A stretch of DNA of 64,000 nucleotides from Nitrospirota bacterium (lineage in GTDB: Bacteria > Nitrospirota > UBA9217), in NCBI GenBank assembly GCA_963663225.1, contig OY760142.1:2368001-2432000 (forward strand), written 5' to 3'. A program made the position numbers and the translations under genes. Shown here one piece after another: positions 50,673 through 60,684 of the stretch. The stretch's first letter is position 1. Each line of letters begins with the position of its first letter. Below the pieces are notes generated by a model that was given only the letters and a program-made list of their open reading frames with translations, was not told where the DNA came from and made no database searches.

Positions 50673-51611
50673 ATGAGGAAGATACAAAAATATCAGATTC
50701 TAATCATACTATTCTTAATAATAGTGTTGCCTTCGTGTCTTCGGGAAGAAATAAATACTCGAAGGGGCATTACTTCCCAGACACGCGATAATGCTAAAGA
50801 TGGAATCACTACCTCGCAAGAGCAACTACCGCCTAGTATAACGGTCAGAGTGCTGCCTGAGATACCTACCGTGACGACTGACTTGCAGGTTGTGCATTCC
50901 GGACAGGGGACTGCATCTTATGAATGGCAGCGCAATGGACTGAACATTATTGGAGAAATGACGGATCGGCTTCCTAAAAGCTTATTTACTAAAAAGGACA
51001 CGATCGCCGTGATAGTGCGAGCGGATAACGGTGTGGGTACCGCTTCGGTTGTTATAGCTAATAGCCTGCCTCGTGTTGAATCGGTACCGTTTCATAATGC
51101 CGGTATTTCTGCTGGAAATGATATTACTGTCAAACCAATAGGTTTTGATCCCGATGGCGATACTGTTACCTTCCATTATAAGTGGTCAGTCAATGGGCAA
51201 GATCAGCCGGAAGATTCTCCAACATTGCCCGGTGACAGGTTTAAACGAGGAGATACTGTGTCCTTAACCGTAATCCCTTGTGATCTGGATGGAGAAGGGC
51301 AGGCATTTATTTCAAAACCAATGGTCATCCCGGATGCGCTGCCGCGGATAGTTTCACATCCTTCCCAGCATTTGGGTGGTCCAACGTATACCTATCAGGT
51401 TATAGCAGAAGATCCTGATGGAGGCTCTATACGATATTCTTTGGCATCTGCCCCGACAGGAATGGTCATTAACAATAACACAGGATTAATAACATGGCAA
51501 TTGGGTCCGCAGTCTGAAGGATCGCATCAAATCGAAATAGTAGTCGAAAAGCAAAACAACATGAAAAGCAGTCAAAAATATACGCTTGCCATTAGATTTG
51601 AGGGCAAATAA
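50673..51611 (+). CDS. Lipoprotein with tandem Ig-like domains (cassette 1)
   Basis: Lipobox LPS/C; repeats Y.W..NG, DPDGD...Y.W, A.DPDG..Y.L..AP.GM.I...TG.I.W. Confidence 0.75.
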   Translation: MRKIQKYQILIILFLIIVLPSCLREEINTRRGITSQTRDNAKDGITTSQEQLPPSITVRVLPEIPTVTTDLQVVHSGQGTASYEWQRNGLNIIGEMTDRLPKSLFTKKDTIAVIVRADNGVGTASVVIANSLPRVESVPFHNAGISAGNDITVKPIGFDPDGDTVTFHYKWSVNGQDQPEDSPTLPGDRFKRGDTVSLTVIPCDLDGEGQAFISKPMVIPDALPRIVSHPSQHLGGPTYTYQVIAEDPDGGSIRYSLASAPTGMVINNNTGLITWQLGPQSEGSHQIEIVVEKQNNMKSSQKYTLAIRFEGK

Positions 51612-52114
51612 TGAAGAACTCAAATGACCAAATACGATTACGATCGCCGAAAGGATTTACCTTAATAGAGATGTTTGTTGTCCTTTCAATTATTACCATT
51701 CTTATTACCATAGCGCTACCGAGTATCTGGCAATGGCGTGAGAATCTTGACGCGCGAACTACCGCACGTCAATTTGCTGAAATGCTTAGACAAGCAAGAA
51801 GTGATGCCATTACTACAAATCTTGAATATCAAGTCAAATTCGATGCGACAAACCGACGGTATGGCAAGAGGTCATCTTTCAATACGTCTCGCAACACTGA
51901 TTTTACACTAGCCTCTATTCCTGCGTTAACGAATTGGACAACGTATCCATCCTCGGTGGAAGCGACTCCTGCAGGAGAAACAAACATTCAATTTACACCA
52001 GATGGTGCTGCAAATTATACCGGAGCGAATACGATTTTTATCGTGAATACTAGGACAACTACGACGTACAGCGTAACAGTAGCAAAAAACGGACGCATTA
52101 GCGTGAATCGTTAG
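51611..52114 (+). CDS. fimT: FimT/FimU-like minor pilin (cassette 1)
   Basis: G/FTLIEM...IALP, L.QARS.AI, I.F..DG.A, terminal GRI. Confidence 0.8.
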   Translation: MKNSNDQIRLRSPKGFTLIEMFVVLSIITILITIALPSIWQWRENLDARTTARQFAEMLRQARSDAITTNLEYQVKFDATNRRYGKRSSFNTSRNTDFTLASIPALTNWTTYPSSVEATPAGETNIQFTPDGAANYTGANTIFIVNTRTTTTYSVTVAKNGRISVNR

Positions 52115-52501
52115 TTGTCTTATGACTGATTCAACCAGTTCATGATCTCGTTCTCATTGCTTTTCTGATAACCAACATATAATTAGATTTTATCTGACGT
52201 GGCTCTCGTCCTCTCTCCCAGACAATCTCAAAGGAATTACGCCGTAACAAACATATCTATCCTTCCGATTCGAACTCAACAATTTACATAATTGTTGAAC
52301 ATTAAAACTCTTAATATATTTTCCCTTTTGAAAAAATACGAACAACCTATCGACAAACACTTGTTGTGTTGTGCATCGCTGATGGTTTTATCGGACGGAT
52401 ACATTACAAATTGTGTAACTTATTACATATTTAGGAAAGCATTTGCCGATGACGACTACCTAAATTTCTTATATCTATTTGAAAAATAATAAAATTTATG
52501 A

Positions 52502-52517
52502 TGGTATAAATATTGCT
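52502..52517 (+). promoter_or_regulatory. sigma54 promoter of minor-pilin cassette 2
   Basis: TGGTATAAATATTGCT with GG at 52503-52504 and GC at 52515-52516; palindrome TTACA-N5-TGTAA upstream at 52404-52418. Confidence 0.72.
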
Positions 52518-52568
52518 TATACTCTTGCATAAAGAATTAGGGTTTGGTTTAATAGAGGAGTGTAATGT

Positions 52569-53090
52569 ATGATAAAAAAAATGGCCTACAAGAAGCAAGC
52601 ACAGTCCGGTTTCACCTTGATCGAGCTTCTTATTGCTCTTGTGATATTAACTATTGGTCTTCTTGCTGCAGCCGCCATGCAGGGCACGGCAATCAATTCC
52701 AATGCGTTTGCGTATCGTCATGCACAGATTACAGCAGTCGGCCAAATGGTCATGGATGATCTTCTTTCGCAGTATCTGCAAGCTACATCCCCTCCCAGCC
52801 TTTTTTATCAGCAATTTAATCCGAATCCATTAAATCCTGCTCAACAGAATTTTGTATACCAATACAATCGCTTTCCACCGTATAACTGGGAATCGAATCC
52901 GGTTGCCACTACCAACTATGTTGTTCCGGGCGTGGGTACGTTTCAGGCGACATATACTATAACGACAAATAACCCCGCCAGAAATATTTCCAGGATTCAG
53001 GTGCAGATTTTCATGTTAGATACGGCCGGAATTGCACATCCCGTGCCGTTTAACTTGATTAACTATAGAAAAATGCCACCGAGTGCATAA
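52569..53090 (+). CDS. pilV: Minor pilin PilV (cassette 2)
   Basis: G/FTLIELLIALVILTIGLL; shares MQG.AINSN with copy 1. Confidence 0.8.
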   Translation: MIKKMAYKKQAQSGFTLIELLIALVILTIGLLAAAAMQGTAINSNAFAYRHAQITAVGQMVMDDLLSQYLQATSPPSLFYQQFNPNPLNPAQQNFVYQYNRFPPYNWESNPVATTNYVVPGVGTFQATYTITTNNPARNISRIQVQIFMLDTAGIAHPVPFNLINYRKMPPSA

Positions 53091-53106
53091 AACGGAGTAC
53101 ATGCTT

Positions 53107-54222
53107 ATGATGATTGCCTGTAGACGAGACAAACAAAAAGGTTTCACGCTGATTGAGCTTTTGATGGTAGCGTTTATGCTCGGACTGGTTATGATATCGC
53201 TCTATTCTCTCTATACTTCCAGCCAGCGGCATGCGTACGTTCAGGAAGAGGTTGCCGATGTTCAGCAGAACCTGCGGGTCGCAATGGACAGCCTAACCAG
53301 AGATGTACGGCACGCGGGTTTTATGTTAACGGAGTTTTATAATGCTGCTGGTTCTCTCGGAAGAGGTACGATAAATCCTGCTACAAATGGCAATTCGACC
53401 CAGACTATTAGTACCGCGTTAAGCAATGCTGCAAACTCAGCTGCTTTACCTGTTACTCGTGATGTTATAACAGGGGTGACAGGAGTACATGCAGATTTTC
53501 TGACTCTGAATATTGCAGCGCCGACTATCACTTTTGCCAGACTTGATTCGAAGCAGAACTGGACCGCGGGCTCTGTTTTTACGTTCACGGTGTCAACGCC
53601 TGAATCAGTCGATCTTTTCAATGTTGATGCTGCAAATCCTGATTATGTAAGAATTATTGATCCAGTAGCCCATAGGCAGTCGACATATGATGCAAATACG
53701 GCAGTTGGGGGAACTGTTTTCCGGGTGAGCAATAAGAACAGGGCCACTCAATCCATAGAATTGACCTTTGTGTCCGGAAATACTCCCGTCCATGAGTATA
53801 AGCGAAATGATATTATTGTAAAAATAGCAGGTATTGCCGCCCCATTTCCTACAGCAGTAACCTATTGCCTCGGCCCGACTACGGGCTGTCCGCCTGCCGG
53901 TGCAACTGCCGTAGGCGCAAACCAGTGCGTGCAGAAAGGGCCGAATGACCAGACGATGTGTCTCCTGAGGATCGAAAACAATGTAACACAAGTTGTGGCT
54001 TCCGGACTATCAGGACTTCAATTTACCTATCTTCTGGATAATCTGAATGAGGTGCCCAATGCGGTCACGGCTTTGCCGCTTACGGATCTTACTCCAATAC
54101 GGGCAATTCGCGTTAACATCACCGGCCAGACCGCAACCGCAAGGTCCCTGACAGGCACAGGCGAACATGTCCGCACCATGACGTCAGTTGTCAAGCTGCA
54201 AAACAGATATATGTCCCAGTAA
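53107..54222 (+). CDS. pilW: Minor pilin PilW (cassette 2)
   Basis: G/FTLIE, QQNLRVAMD...DVRHAG, IRAIRV; start codon uncertain (53101-53110). Confidence 0.82.
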   Translation: MMIACRRDKQKGFTLIELLMVAFMLGLVMISLYSLYTSSQRHAYVQEEVADVQQNLRVAMDSLTRDVRHAGFMLTEFYNAAGSLGRGTINPATNGNSTQTISTALSNAANSAALPVTRDVITGVTGVHADFLTLNIAAPTITFARLDSKQNWTAGSVFTFTVSTPESVDLFNVDAANPDYVRIIDPVAHRQSTYDANTAVGGTVFRVSNKNRATQSIELTFVSGNTPVHEYKRNDIIVKIAGIAAPFPTAVTYCLGPTTGCPPAGATAVGANQCVQKGPNDQTMCLLRIENNVTQVVASGLSGLQFTYLLDNLNEVPNAVTALPLTDLTPIRAIRVNITGQTATARSLTGTGEHVRTMTSVVKLQNRYMSQ

Positions 54223-54263
54223 TAGTTTGAGAGCGTTTCTCTTCTAAAAGGAGACAGACAGCA

Positions 54264-54803
54264 GTGAAAACTACTCGAAAACAAAATGTAGAATCAAGCG
54301 CGATGCAGAATAACAATAAATACAAAATTGGTAATGAGCGCGGCATGGCCCTCATTATAGCGTTGGTGATGCTTGCTGTTCTGGGTATGCTCGGAGTGCT
54401 TGCTCTGAATACATCCACAACGGAACTGCGCATTGCCGGCAATTATCGGAATGATAATATTGCTTTTTATAATTCTAATATGCCTGAAGCCTATGGTCCT
54501 AACAATACTCTAATTGAAAACCAGGTGGCGAAAGATAGTACTACTGCATCCGTATATCCAAGCAATCCACTGGTACCATTTGCATCGATACCGGCAACGG
54601 ATCGACCAGCCAATGCTCTTGGGCAAACATCAATCAGAATACAGTATCTCTGCGTCAGTCAGGCGCCTCCGGGTCTGCCAAGTGATGTTAAGGCTTTTCA
54701 CTATGTGGTTACCGTAGTAGGCAAAGGGCTTAACAATGCTGAATATGTTACAGAGTCAGAAATAATCAAGCTGCTGCCGATAGACATCGAAACCGATTGT
54801 TGA
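54264..54803 (+). CDS. pilX: Minor pilin PilX (cassette 2)
   Basis: ERG/MALIIAL, ELRIAGN, AFY. Confidence 0.8.
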   Translation: MKTTRKQNVESSAMQNNNKYKIGNERGMALIIALVMLAVLGMLGVLALNTSTTELRIAGNYRNDNIAFYNSNMPEAYGPNNTLIENQVAKDSTTASVYPSNPLVPFASIPATDRPANALGQTSIRIQYLCVSQAPPGLPSDVKAFHYVVTVVGKGLNNAEYVTESEIIKLLPIDIETDC

Positions 54804-54825
54804 AAAGAGAAAAGGAGAAGCTGTT

Positions 54826-55206
54826 ATGAAAAGAAAACTCTTTCTTGCTTTACTGTTGATTGTTTGTTCCTGTGTTCCGACAGCTATCGCAGCAGAAACA
54901 ACCAATAATGCGGCAGCAACCGTGACGGGTCCCTACAATCCTGCAATAACCTATCCGGGTATCTATATCTCGGAAAGCCTTTTATTTAAAAACAGACCGA
55001 CAAGCCAGTCATGGCAGGCCATACCAATGCTTAACACGCTCAAAAAGGTGACATGCGCTGACGCGATGACAAGTTTGCAGCGTGAAGGCAAATGGCAGGG
55101 AAATTTAAATCTTGACGGTTCGTGCGGGTCAACATACGAACCGGCTGAGTGGATACTGGGAAACAGGCTTAACTATGAAGAGGCACGGCAGCAGTCTTCT
55201 CGGTAG
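54826..55206 (+). CDS. Small secreted protein resembling the PilY1 vWA insertion domain (cassette 2)
   Basis: AGGAG SD, signal peptide, YNPAITY, VTC...LQREG.W.G.L..DGSC, WILGNRLN; paralog of 46447-46839. Confidence 0.75.
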   Translation: MKRKLFLALLLIVCSCVPTAIAAETTNNAAATVTGPYNPAITYPGIYISESLLFKNRPTSQSWQAIPMLNTLKKVTCADAMTSLQREGKWQGNLNLDGSCGSTYEPAEWILGNRLNYEEARQQSSR

Positions 55207-55238
55207 CTGACAAAGATTATCAGGAGGAGAGATAGTAT

Positions 55239-58200
55239 ATGAAAAAAACTTTTTTGACCATATTGGTTGCCCTATTCACGGCATTTCTATTTTTCGGCAT
55301 TGCCTCGGCTGCTCCGGACCAATACTGCGGTGATACCTCGCTTTATGGCGGTGCCCCTACAGTTCTCCAGCCGAATGTGCTGATTTTCATAGACGACTCC
55401 GGGAGTATGGCGAATACAGTTCCCTCCGGTTCATATGATCCGCTAGTAACATATGCGTCTACCAATAACTGCGCCAACAGCAGCGGACAGTATCCTCGTG
55501 CATGTAGCACGAACGCGGTGTATAGAACGACGGATGGAGGCTCCTCCGGTGGGACATTTCTGAACTCCAGCGTGAACAATATTACTACATCGTGCTCCGG
55601 GTACGATCCGCAGACTCTTTTAAAAACCTACGGAACGTACAATGGCAGCAGATTGAATAGTGACGGTTCATGCAATACTTCATCTGCCAGAACGTATGTA
55701 ACGGGAAATTATGTAAACTGGTATCATAGTTCGGCTGCCGGCTGGACATCAAAAGTACAGGTTGCAAAAAATGTTATCAACAGTCTTATAAACAGTACTC
55801 AAGGCGTGAAATTCGGGCTGATGACCTTCCACTACCCAAATAGTTATACCTACGAAGGTTCTCAATTCTTGAGCACGTCGGTTTCCGGCGCTACTTATGT
55901 TACCACAATCAAAGACATGGATGGTATCCATACCGGGACAACAACGAATAGGCAGGCCCTGGTAGCAGCTATAAATACCCTGACAAGTCTGTATAATACT
56001 CCGTTGGGTGAATCTCTCTATGAAACAATGCGTTATTTCCAGGGAGCCCAAACCGCTTTTGGCAATTCAATCGGTGTTGACGCAAGCGGAAACTATACCT
56101 CGCCAATTCAATGGGGTTGCCAGAAAAACTATGTTATTTTTGTTACCGACGGCATGTCAAACGCGGATAATAATTCCGCGTTGAATCCCGTTTATACCAA
56201 ATACGGAAGATGGGACGGAGGCACCTGTAACACGTCTGTTTATTCTACCTGCGACGGAACCGATATGAATCATTCGCTGGCTGGTGTTGCGAAATATATG
56301 TACGAAACCGATCTGAGAACAGATATAACCGGCACTCAAAATGTTGTAACCTATACCATAGGTTTTGGACTTACCGGCGCAGATCAGGAAGCGATTGATC
56401 TTTTGAAGCTGACCGCGGATACCAATCATGGCCGCGGAGCGTATTATAATGCGGGGAGTGAAACAGAACTGAGCGCGGCGCTGACGACAGTCATCGGCAA
56501 CATATTCTCAGTGGATACGTCATTCGTTGCTCCGGTGGTTCCCGTGAGCCCTGAAAACAGAACATACAGCGGCAGCAGGGTATATATGGGTTTTTTCAAA
56601 CCCGCGAGTGAAAAGTTCTGGAGCGGAAACCTGAAGAAATTCGCTCTTAATGAGAATAATTATATTCTCGATTCAAACGGCAATTATGCAAACTATTATG
56701 ACGCCAACAAAGATGGATTTGACGACCGGGATAGTGCTTCCCTGGGAAGTAACGCAAATGGAAGCTTCAGATCGACATCTCAATCGTACTGGAGCACGAT
56801 AGCTGACAGCGGCGCTGTTGAGGAAGGCGGCATAGGCGAAGTGCTGCTGAACAGAACGACGACCAGAAATATTTACACTTTTTTGGGCACGAATACACAG
56901 CTAAGTCATTCTACAAATGCCTTCACGACAAGTATTATAACGGAAACACAGCTTGGATTTACCTCCGGAGATACGGCGAGCAGGGACAAACTTGTTAATT
57001 TTCTGCATGGAGTGGATACCTATGATGCAGACTCTGATACAAATGTTACTGAGAAAAGACAGTGGATTTTAGGAGACATTCTTCATTCCAAGCCTCAAAT
57101 TGTATCGTACAACACCTATACGTATTCGCATGAAACGGATTGCAGCGGAACTTTTGTAAGCGGTGCCAGCACGAATAACGCCAACAATACGTATATTTTT
57201 GTCGGAGCGAATGACGGCATGCTGCATGCTTTCAAGGACTGCGACGGCAGCGAGGCCTGGGCATTCATCCCGCCTGATTTGCTGCCGATTCTTCAGTATC
57301 TGGGGCCGACGGGCGGTGCGCATACGTACTTTGTCGATTTTTCACCATCCGTTTATATATATAATAAAGACAAGACAGGCAATGTTAACGCTTCCAATGG
57401 AGATAAGGTCATTCTTGTTTTTGGTCTTCGAAGGGGAGGTGGTCTCGATACTTCTCCTACGAAGGGCTATTATTATGCTCTTGATGTTACCAATCCTTTG
57501 GATCCAATTTTTCTGGGAAGCATCAGCAATACCACGGTAAGAAATGGCCTTACGACGGTTGCTTCCACGGATTTCAGTGAATTGGGAGAGGTCTGGAGCG
57601 ACATTTCATTTGGAAGAATCAAGTACGGATCCGATATTAAAATTGCGACATTCTTGGGCGCGGGCTATGACAATTGCAATGAAGATGGACGATATGGCTC
57701 CACGCAGACTTTTACCGGTGCTTGCGTGGCTCCGCCCACGAGCGACAATGGCGCAACGACAAGCTCCGGCAGTTCGGCACCGCTCAATTCCAAAGGAAGA
57801 GGAATCTATGTGATAGAAATAGGTCAGATCAATGCATCAACCGGGAATCTCTCCTTGAGCGGTATCGGCACAAAATTGTGGGGTTACACAAATGCAGACG
57901 ACCCCACGAGAATGATTTTCTCTATCCCCGCCCGAATCAAAGCGGTTGATACGAACTACGATAATTATATTGACAGGCTTTATTTCGGAGATGCCGGCGG
58001 CAATATGTGGAGAGCCAATATAAAAGACACTTCTCCAACAAACTGGACGGTAAACAGGATTTTCAGCTCTAATCCTGGTTATTCGAACGGTTCAGCGGAC
58101 GCTTCGAATGGACGAAAGATTTTTTATGAACCTTCAACTTTTGTGCTTACCGACGGTTCGGTGCGCTTATACTTCGGCACCGGAGACAGAGAACATCCTT

Positions 58201-58823
58201 TGAATACTGCAGTACTGGACAGAATGTACTCCCTTATTGATCGGGGGCAAACGACAGCATCAAGCATCAATGAATTGAATCTGGTTGACGTCACTGATGA
58301 CACATTGCAAGGATTAAGTACCACGTCAACACAGGCCCAGTCTATTATCAGTCAACTGACGAGTTCGACGAAATACGGCTGGTATATCAGGCTGAACGAA
58401 AATACCGGCGAAAAGGTTCTGGCTCCTTCAGTTCTCTATAATGGAGTCACGGTGTATACAACCTACTCACCGCTGACAACGGCCAGCACAGACCCTTGTG
58501 TTACTGGGAATTTGGGCACAGCAAGGGCTTATGCTGTAGACTACTTGACTGGTGCCGCAGTGACTAATTATGATACAACAAATGACACGACATCTACTAC
58601 GAATACGTGGGCACGCGCCACCGGCACTACCTATAATCTGCTCAGAAGTGACCGGGTAGTTACTCTCGGAAGCGGCATCCCATCGGGAGGTGTCGTCGTC
58701 ATATCATCGACAGGTCAGACGAGTTTGATGATCGGTGTTGGCGGTAGTTTTCAGACGATGAAAATTTCCGGTACAAGTGCGACGCTGCCACTTTATTGGA
58801 GGCAGAAATCCGAACATTTATAG
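55239..58823 (+). CDS. pilY1: Type IV pilus tip adhesin PilY1, copy 2
   Basis: DDSGS MIDAS, TPLGE, CQKNYVIFVTDG, LGDILHS, GANDGMLH, DTNYDNYID, GTGDRE, YWRQ. Confidence 0.9.
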   Translation: MKKTFLTILVALFTAFLFFGIASAAPDQYCGDTSLYGGAPTVLQPNVLIFIDDSGSMANTVPSGSYDPLVTYASTNNCANSSGQYPRACSTNAVYRTTDGGSSGGTFLNSSVNNITTSCSGYDPQTLLKTYGTYNGSRLNSDGSCNTSSARTYVTGNYVNWYHSSAAGWTSKVQVAKNVINSLINSTQGVKFGLMTFHYPNSYTYEGSQFLSTSVSGATYVTTIKDMDGIHTGTTTNRQALVAAINTLTSLYNTPLGESLYETMRYFQGAQTAFGNSIGVDASGNYTSPIQWGCQKNYVIFVTDGMSNADNNSALNPVYTKYGRWDGGTCNTSVYSTCDGTDMNHSLAGVAKYMYETDLRTDITGTQNVVTYTIGFGLTGADQEAIDLLKLTADTNHGRGAYYNAGSETELSAALTTVIGNIFSVDTSFVAPVVPVSPENRTYSGSRVYMGFFKPASEKFWSGNLKKFALNENNYILDSNGNYANYYDANKDGFDDRDSASLGSNANGSFRSTSQSYWSTIADSGAVEEGGIGEVLLNRTTTRNIYTFLGTNTQLSHSTNAFTTSIITETQLGFTSGDTASRDKLVNFLHGVDTYDADSDTNVTEKRQWILGDILHSKPQIVSYNTYTYSHETDCSGTFVSGASTNNANNTYIFVGANDGMLHAFKDCDGSEAWAFIPPDLLPILQYLGPTGGAHTYFVDFSPSVYIYNKDKTGNVNASNGDKVILVFGLRRGGGLDTSPTKGYYYALDVTNPLDPIFLGSISNTTVRNGLTTVASTDFSELGEVWSDISFGRIKYGSDIKIATFLGAGYDNCNEDGRYGSTQTFTGACVAPPTSDNGATTSSGSSAPLNSKGRGIYVIEIGQINASTGNLSLSGIGTKLWGYTNADDPTRMIFSIPARIKAVDTNYDNYIDRLYFGDAGGNMWRANIKDTSPTNWTVNRIFSSNPGYSNGSADASNGRKIFYEPSTFVLTDGSVRLYFGTGDREHPLNTAVLDRMYSLIDRGQTTASSINELNLVDVTDDTLQGLSTTSTQAQSIISQLTSSTKYGWYIRLNENTGEKVLAPSVLYNGVTVYTTYSPLTTASTDPCVTGNLGTARAYAVDYLTGAAVTNYDTTNDTTSTTNTWARATGTTYNLLRSDRVVTLGSGIPSGGVVVISSTGQTSLMIGVGGSFQTMKISGTSATLPLYWRQKSEHL

Positions 58824-58917
58824 CAAGTATGCGTTCGCAAAAGAGAGAAACTTTTACTACAGGACCATACTGAATTTGAAGAACAGTCGGACTATGTGCT
58901 GTAACATATAGTGAAAA

Positions 58918-59838
58918 ATGCAAAACAAACTAAAAATTATACTTTTTATTCTTTGCAGTGCCGTCATAGTGACTAACACAGCATGCAAGAAAGAACAAAC
59001 CAGCGCATCCCATGCGAATTTTCCTCCTTCAGAAGAAGGAAAAGCAGCTGTGTTAAAAACATTAACCGTTAATATGCTGCCAGAAAAACCGTTAGCCGGT
59101 ACAACGCTTCAGGCACTCGCTGTTTCTCAAACAGGAACCCAGATAAACTATCAATGGGAATTAAATGGAATGATTTTGGCAGGGGAAAGTTCGCCTTACT
59201 TGGACTCAAGAAACCGTTTTGCGAAAGGGGATCGGATATCTGTTCTTGTGACGTCGGATAATACCTCGGTGTCAGCATCGGTAACAATAAAAAACAGTCC
59301 GCCAGTCGTGAAATCATTGACTGTAAAGCCAGAAATTCTTTACGCTGGTATTGATATTATTGCCGAGCCTGTCGGCTACGACGCTGACGGAGATACTATA
59401 CAGTTTTTCTATAAGTGGTCGATCAACGATGTTGATCAACCCGATAATTCTGCAGTTTTGCCTGGAGATAAGTACAAACGGGGAGATCGAATAGCTCTTA
59501 CCGTAATCCCTAAAGATAGTGAAGAAGAAGGTGACCCTTTTGCATCTAAGCCAGTTGTAATTCCGAATGGCCCACCACGATTTATATCAACACCACCATT
59601 GGATTTTAAGGCAGAGATTTACTCCTACCAGGCTATTGCCGTCGATCCTGATAATGACACTTTGACTTATTCGCTTCGTACTGCACCAAATGGAATGGTT
59701 ATTGATGCGCGAACGGGGTTGATTACTCTACAGATTAAAAAAGAACACGCAGGAACACATATCGTCGAGATTGAAGCACAGGATACACAAGGTTTAAAAG
59801 CCGTTCAAAAATACTCACTAACATTAACTGTTCCCTGA
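58918..59838 (+). CDS. Lipoprotein with tandem Ig-like domains (cassette 2)
   Basis: Lipobox-like NTA/C; colinear with 50673-51611 (DADGD...YKWS.N, LPGD..KRGD, SKP.VIP, AP.GMVI...TGLI). Confidence 0.75.
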   Translation: MQNKLKIILFILCSAVIVTNTACKKEQTSASHANFPPSEEGKAAVLKTLTVNMLPEKPLAGTTLQALAVSQTGTQINYQWELNGMILAGESSPYLDSRNRFAKGDRISVLVTSDNTSVSASVTIKNSPPVVKSLTVKPEILYAGIDIIAEPVGYDADGDTIQFFYKWSINDVDQPDNSAVLPGDKYKRGDRIALTVIPKDSEEEGDPFASKPVVIPNGPPRFISTPPLDFKAEIYSYQAIAVDPDNDTLTYSLRTAPNGMVIDARTGLITLQIKKEHAGTHIVEIEAQDTQGLKAVQKYSLTLTVP

Positions 59839-59847
59839 GAGGTATTC

Positions 59848-60366
59848 ATGAGAAACAATACATTATTACGCTCAGCCAGCGGTCTTACCCTTATAGAATT
59901 AATAGTGGTGCTTTCCCTTTTGGCTATTCTTAGTGCGATTGTTCTTCCACCTTTTTTGCAATGGCGCGCTAGTCTTGACTACCGCACAACCGCAAGCGGC
60001 ATTTTTAATATACTCAAACAAGCCAAAAGCCGGACTATCACGAACAGTCTTCAATGCAGAGTAGAGTTTCAGGTTGCCCCCACCAGACAATATCGCATGA
60101 CGCAGGGTGACAGAGCTGCGAACAGCGCCAACTGGGGTGCCACTTCTCAGGATATTATTCAAAACTGGACTACGATACCGACTACCGTAACCTTGGTTAC
60201 TGCAAATACATTAAACAACAATATTGAATTTAATACCAATGGTACTGCCAATCTTGCTTTAGGATTTAATTCCTCCACCATACAAATTCAAGACAATACC
60301 GGTGCCGTCAGATTCACGATTCAAGTAGATACTACAGGTAGAATCGCAATGCGTTCTGGCTCATAA
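59848..60366 (+). CDS. fimT: FimT/FimU-like minor pilin (cassette 2)
   Basis: G/LTLIEL, LKQAKS, IEF..NGTA, TGRI. Confidence 0.8.
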   Translation: MRNNTLLRSASGLTLIELIVVLSLLAILSAIVLPPFLQWRASLDYRTTASGIFNILKQAKSRTITNSLQCRVEFQVAPTRQYRMTQGDRAANSANWGATSQDIIQNWTTIPTTVTLVTANTLNNNIEFNTNGTANLALGFNSSTIQIQDNTGAVRFTIQVDTTGRIAMRSGS

Positions 60367-60684
60367 TGATATAAATAAAGTATCAGAAAATTCTGTCATA
60401 TGTCTTCTTTCCGCGCCGCAGTTGCTTTAGTCTACCTCGGCATTGTGTCCTCGATAAAACTTTCCATATAATTACCTGCTTCCTCGTTTTCGCAAATAAC
60501 TGTTTAACAAAATTGTATGCTTTGCATATCACCTAAAAATACCCATAACTGGGTATTGCATCTCACTATTACTTCTTGATATATATCGTGTATCCACTAA
60601 TTTAAAATACGAATATTTTAACCAGCATCGATTAAGCGATTGCGTGGTTTGATTATTCGTTAATTTCTTTTGCGAGGCTATCTA

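Noticed and set aside
52292-52489. 65-aa ORF upstream of pilV2
   Set aside because: TTG start without SD, and it overlaps the enhancer region of the sigma54 promoter.
44479-60366. Recombination-based antigenic variation between the two cassettes
   Set aside because: Both copies are full length with their own promoters, shared DNA identity is limited to short conserved-motif patches, and no recombinase or inverted repeats were seen.
60565-60590. ModE box (TATATATCG)
   Set aside because: Only one half-site is present and it is not upstream of tupB.
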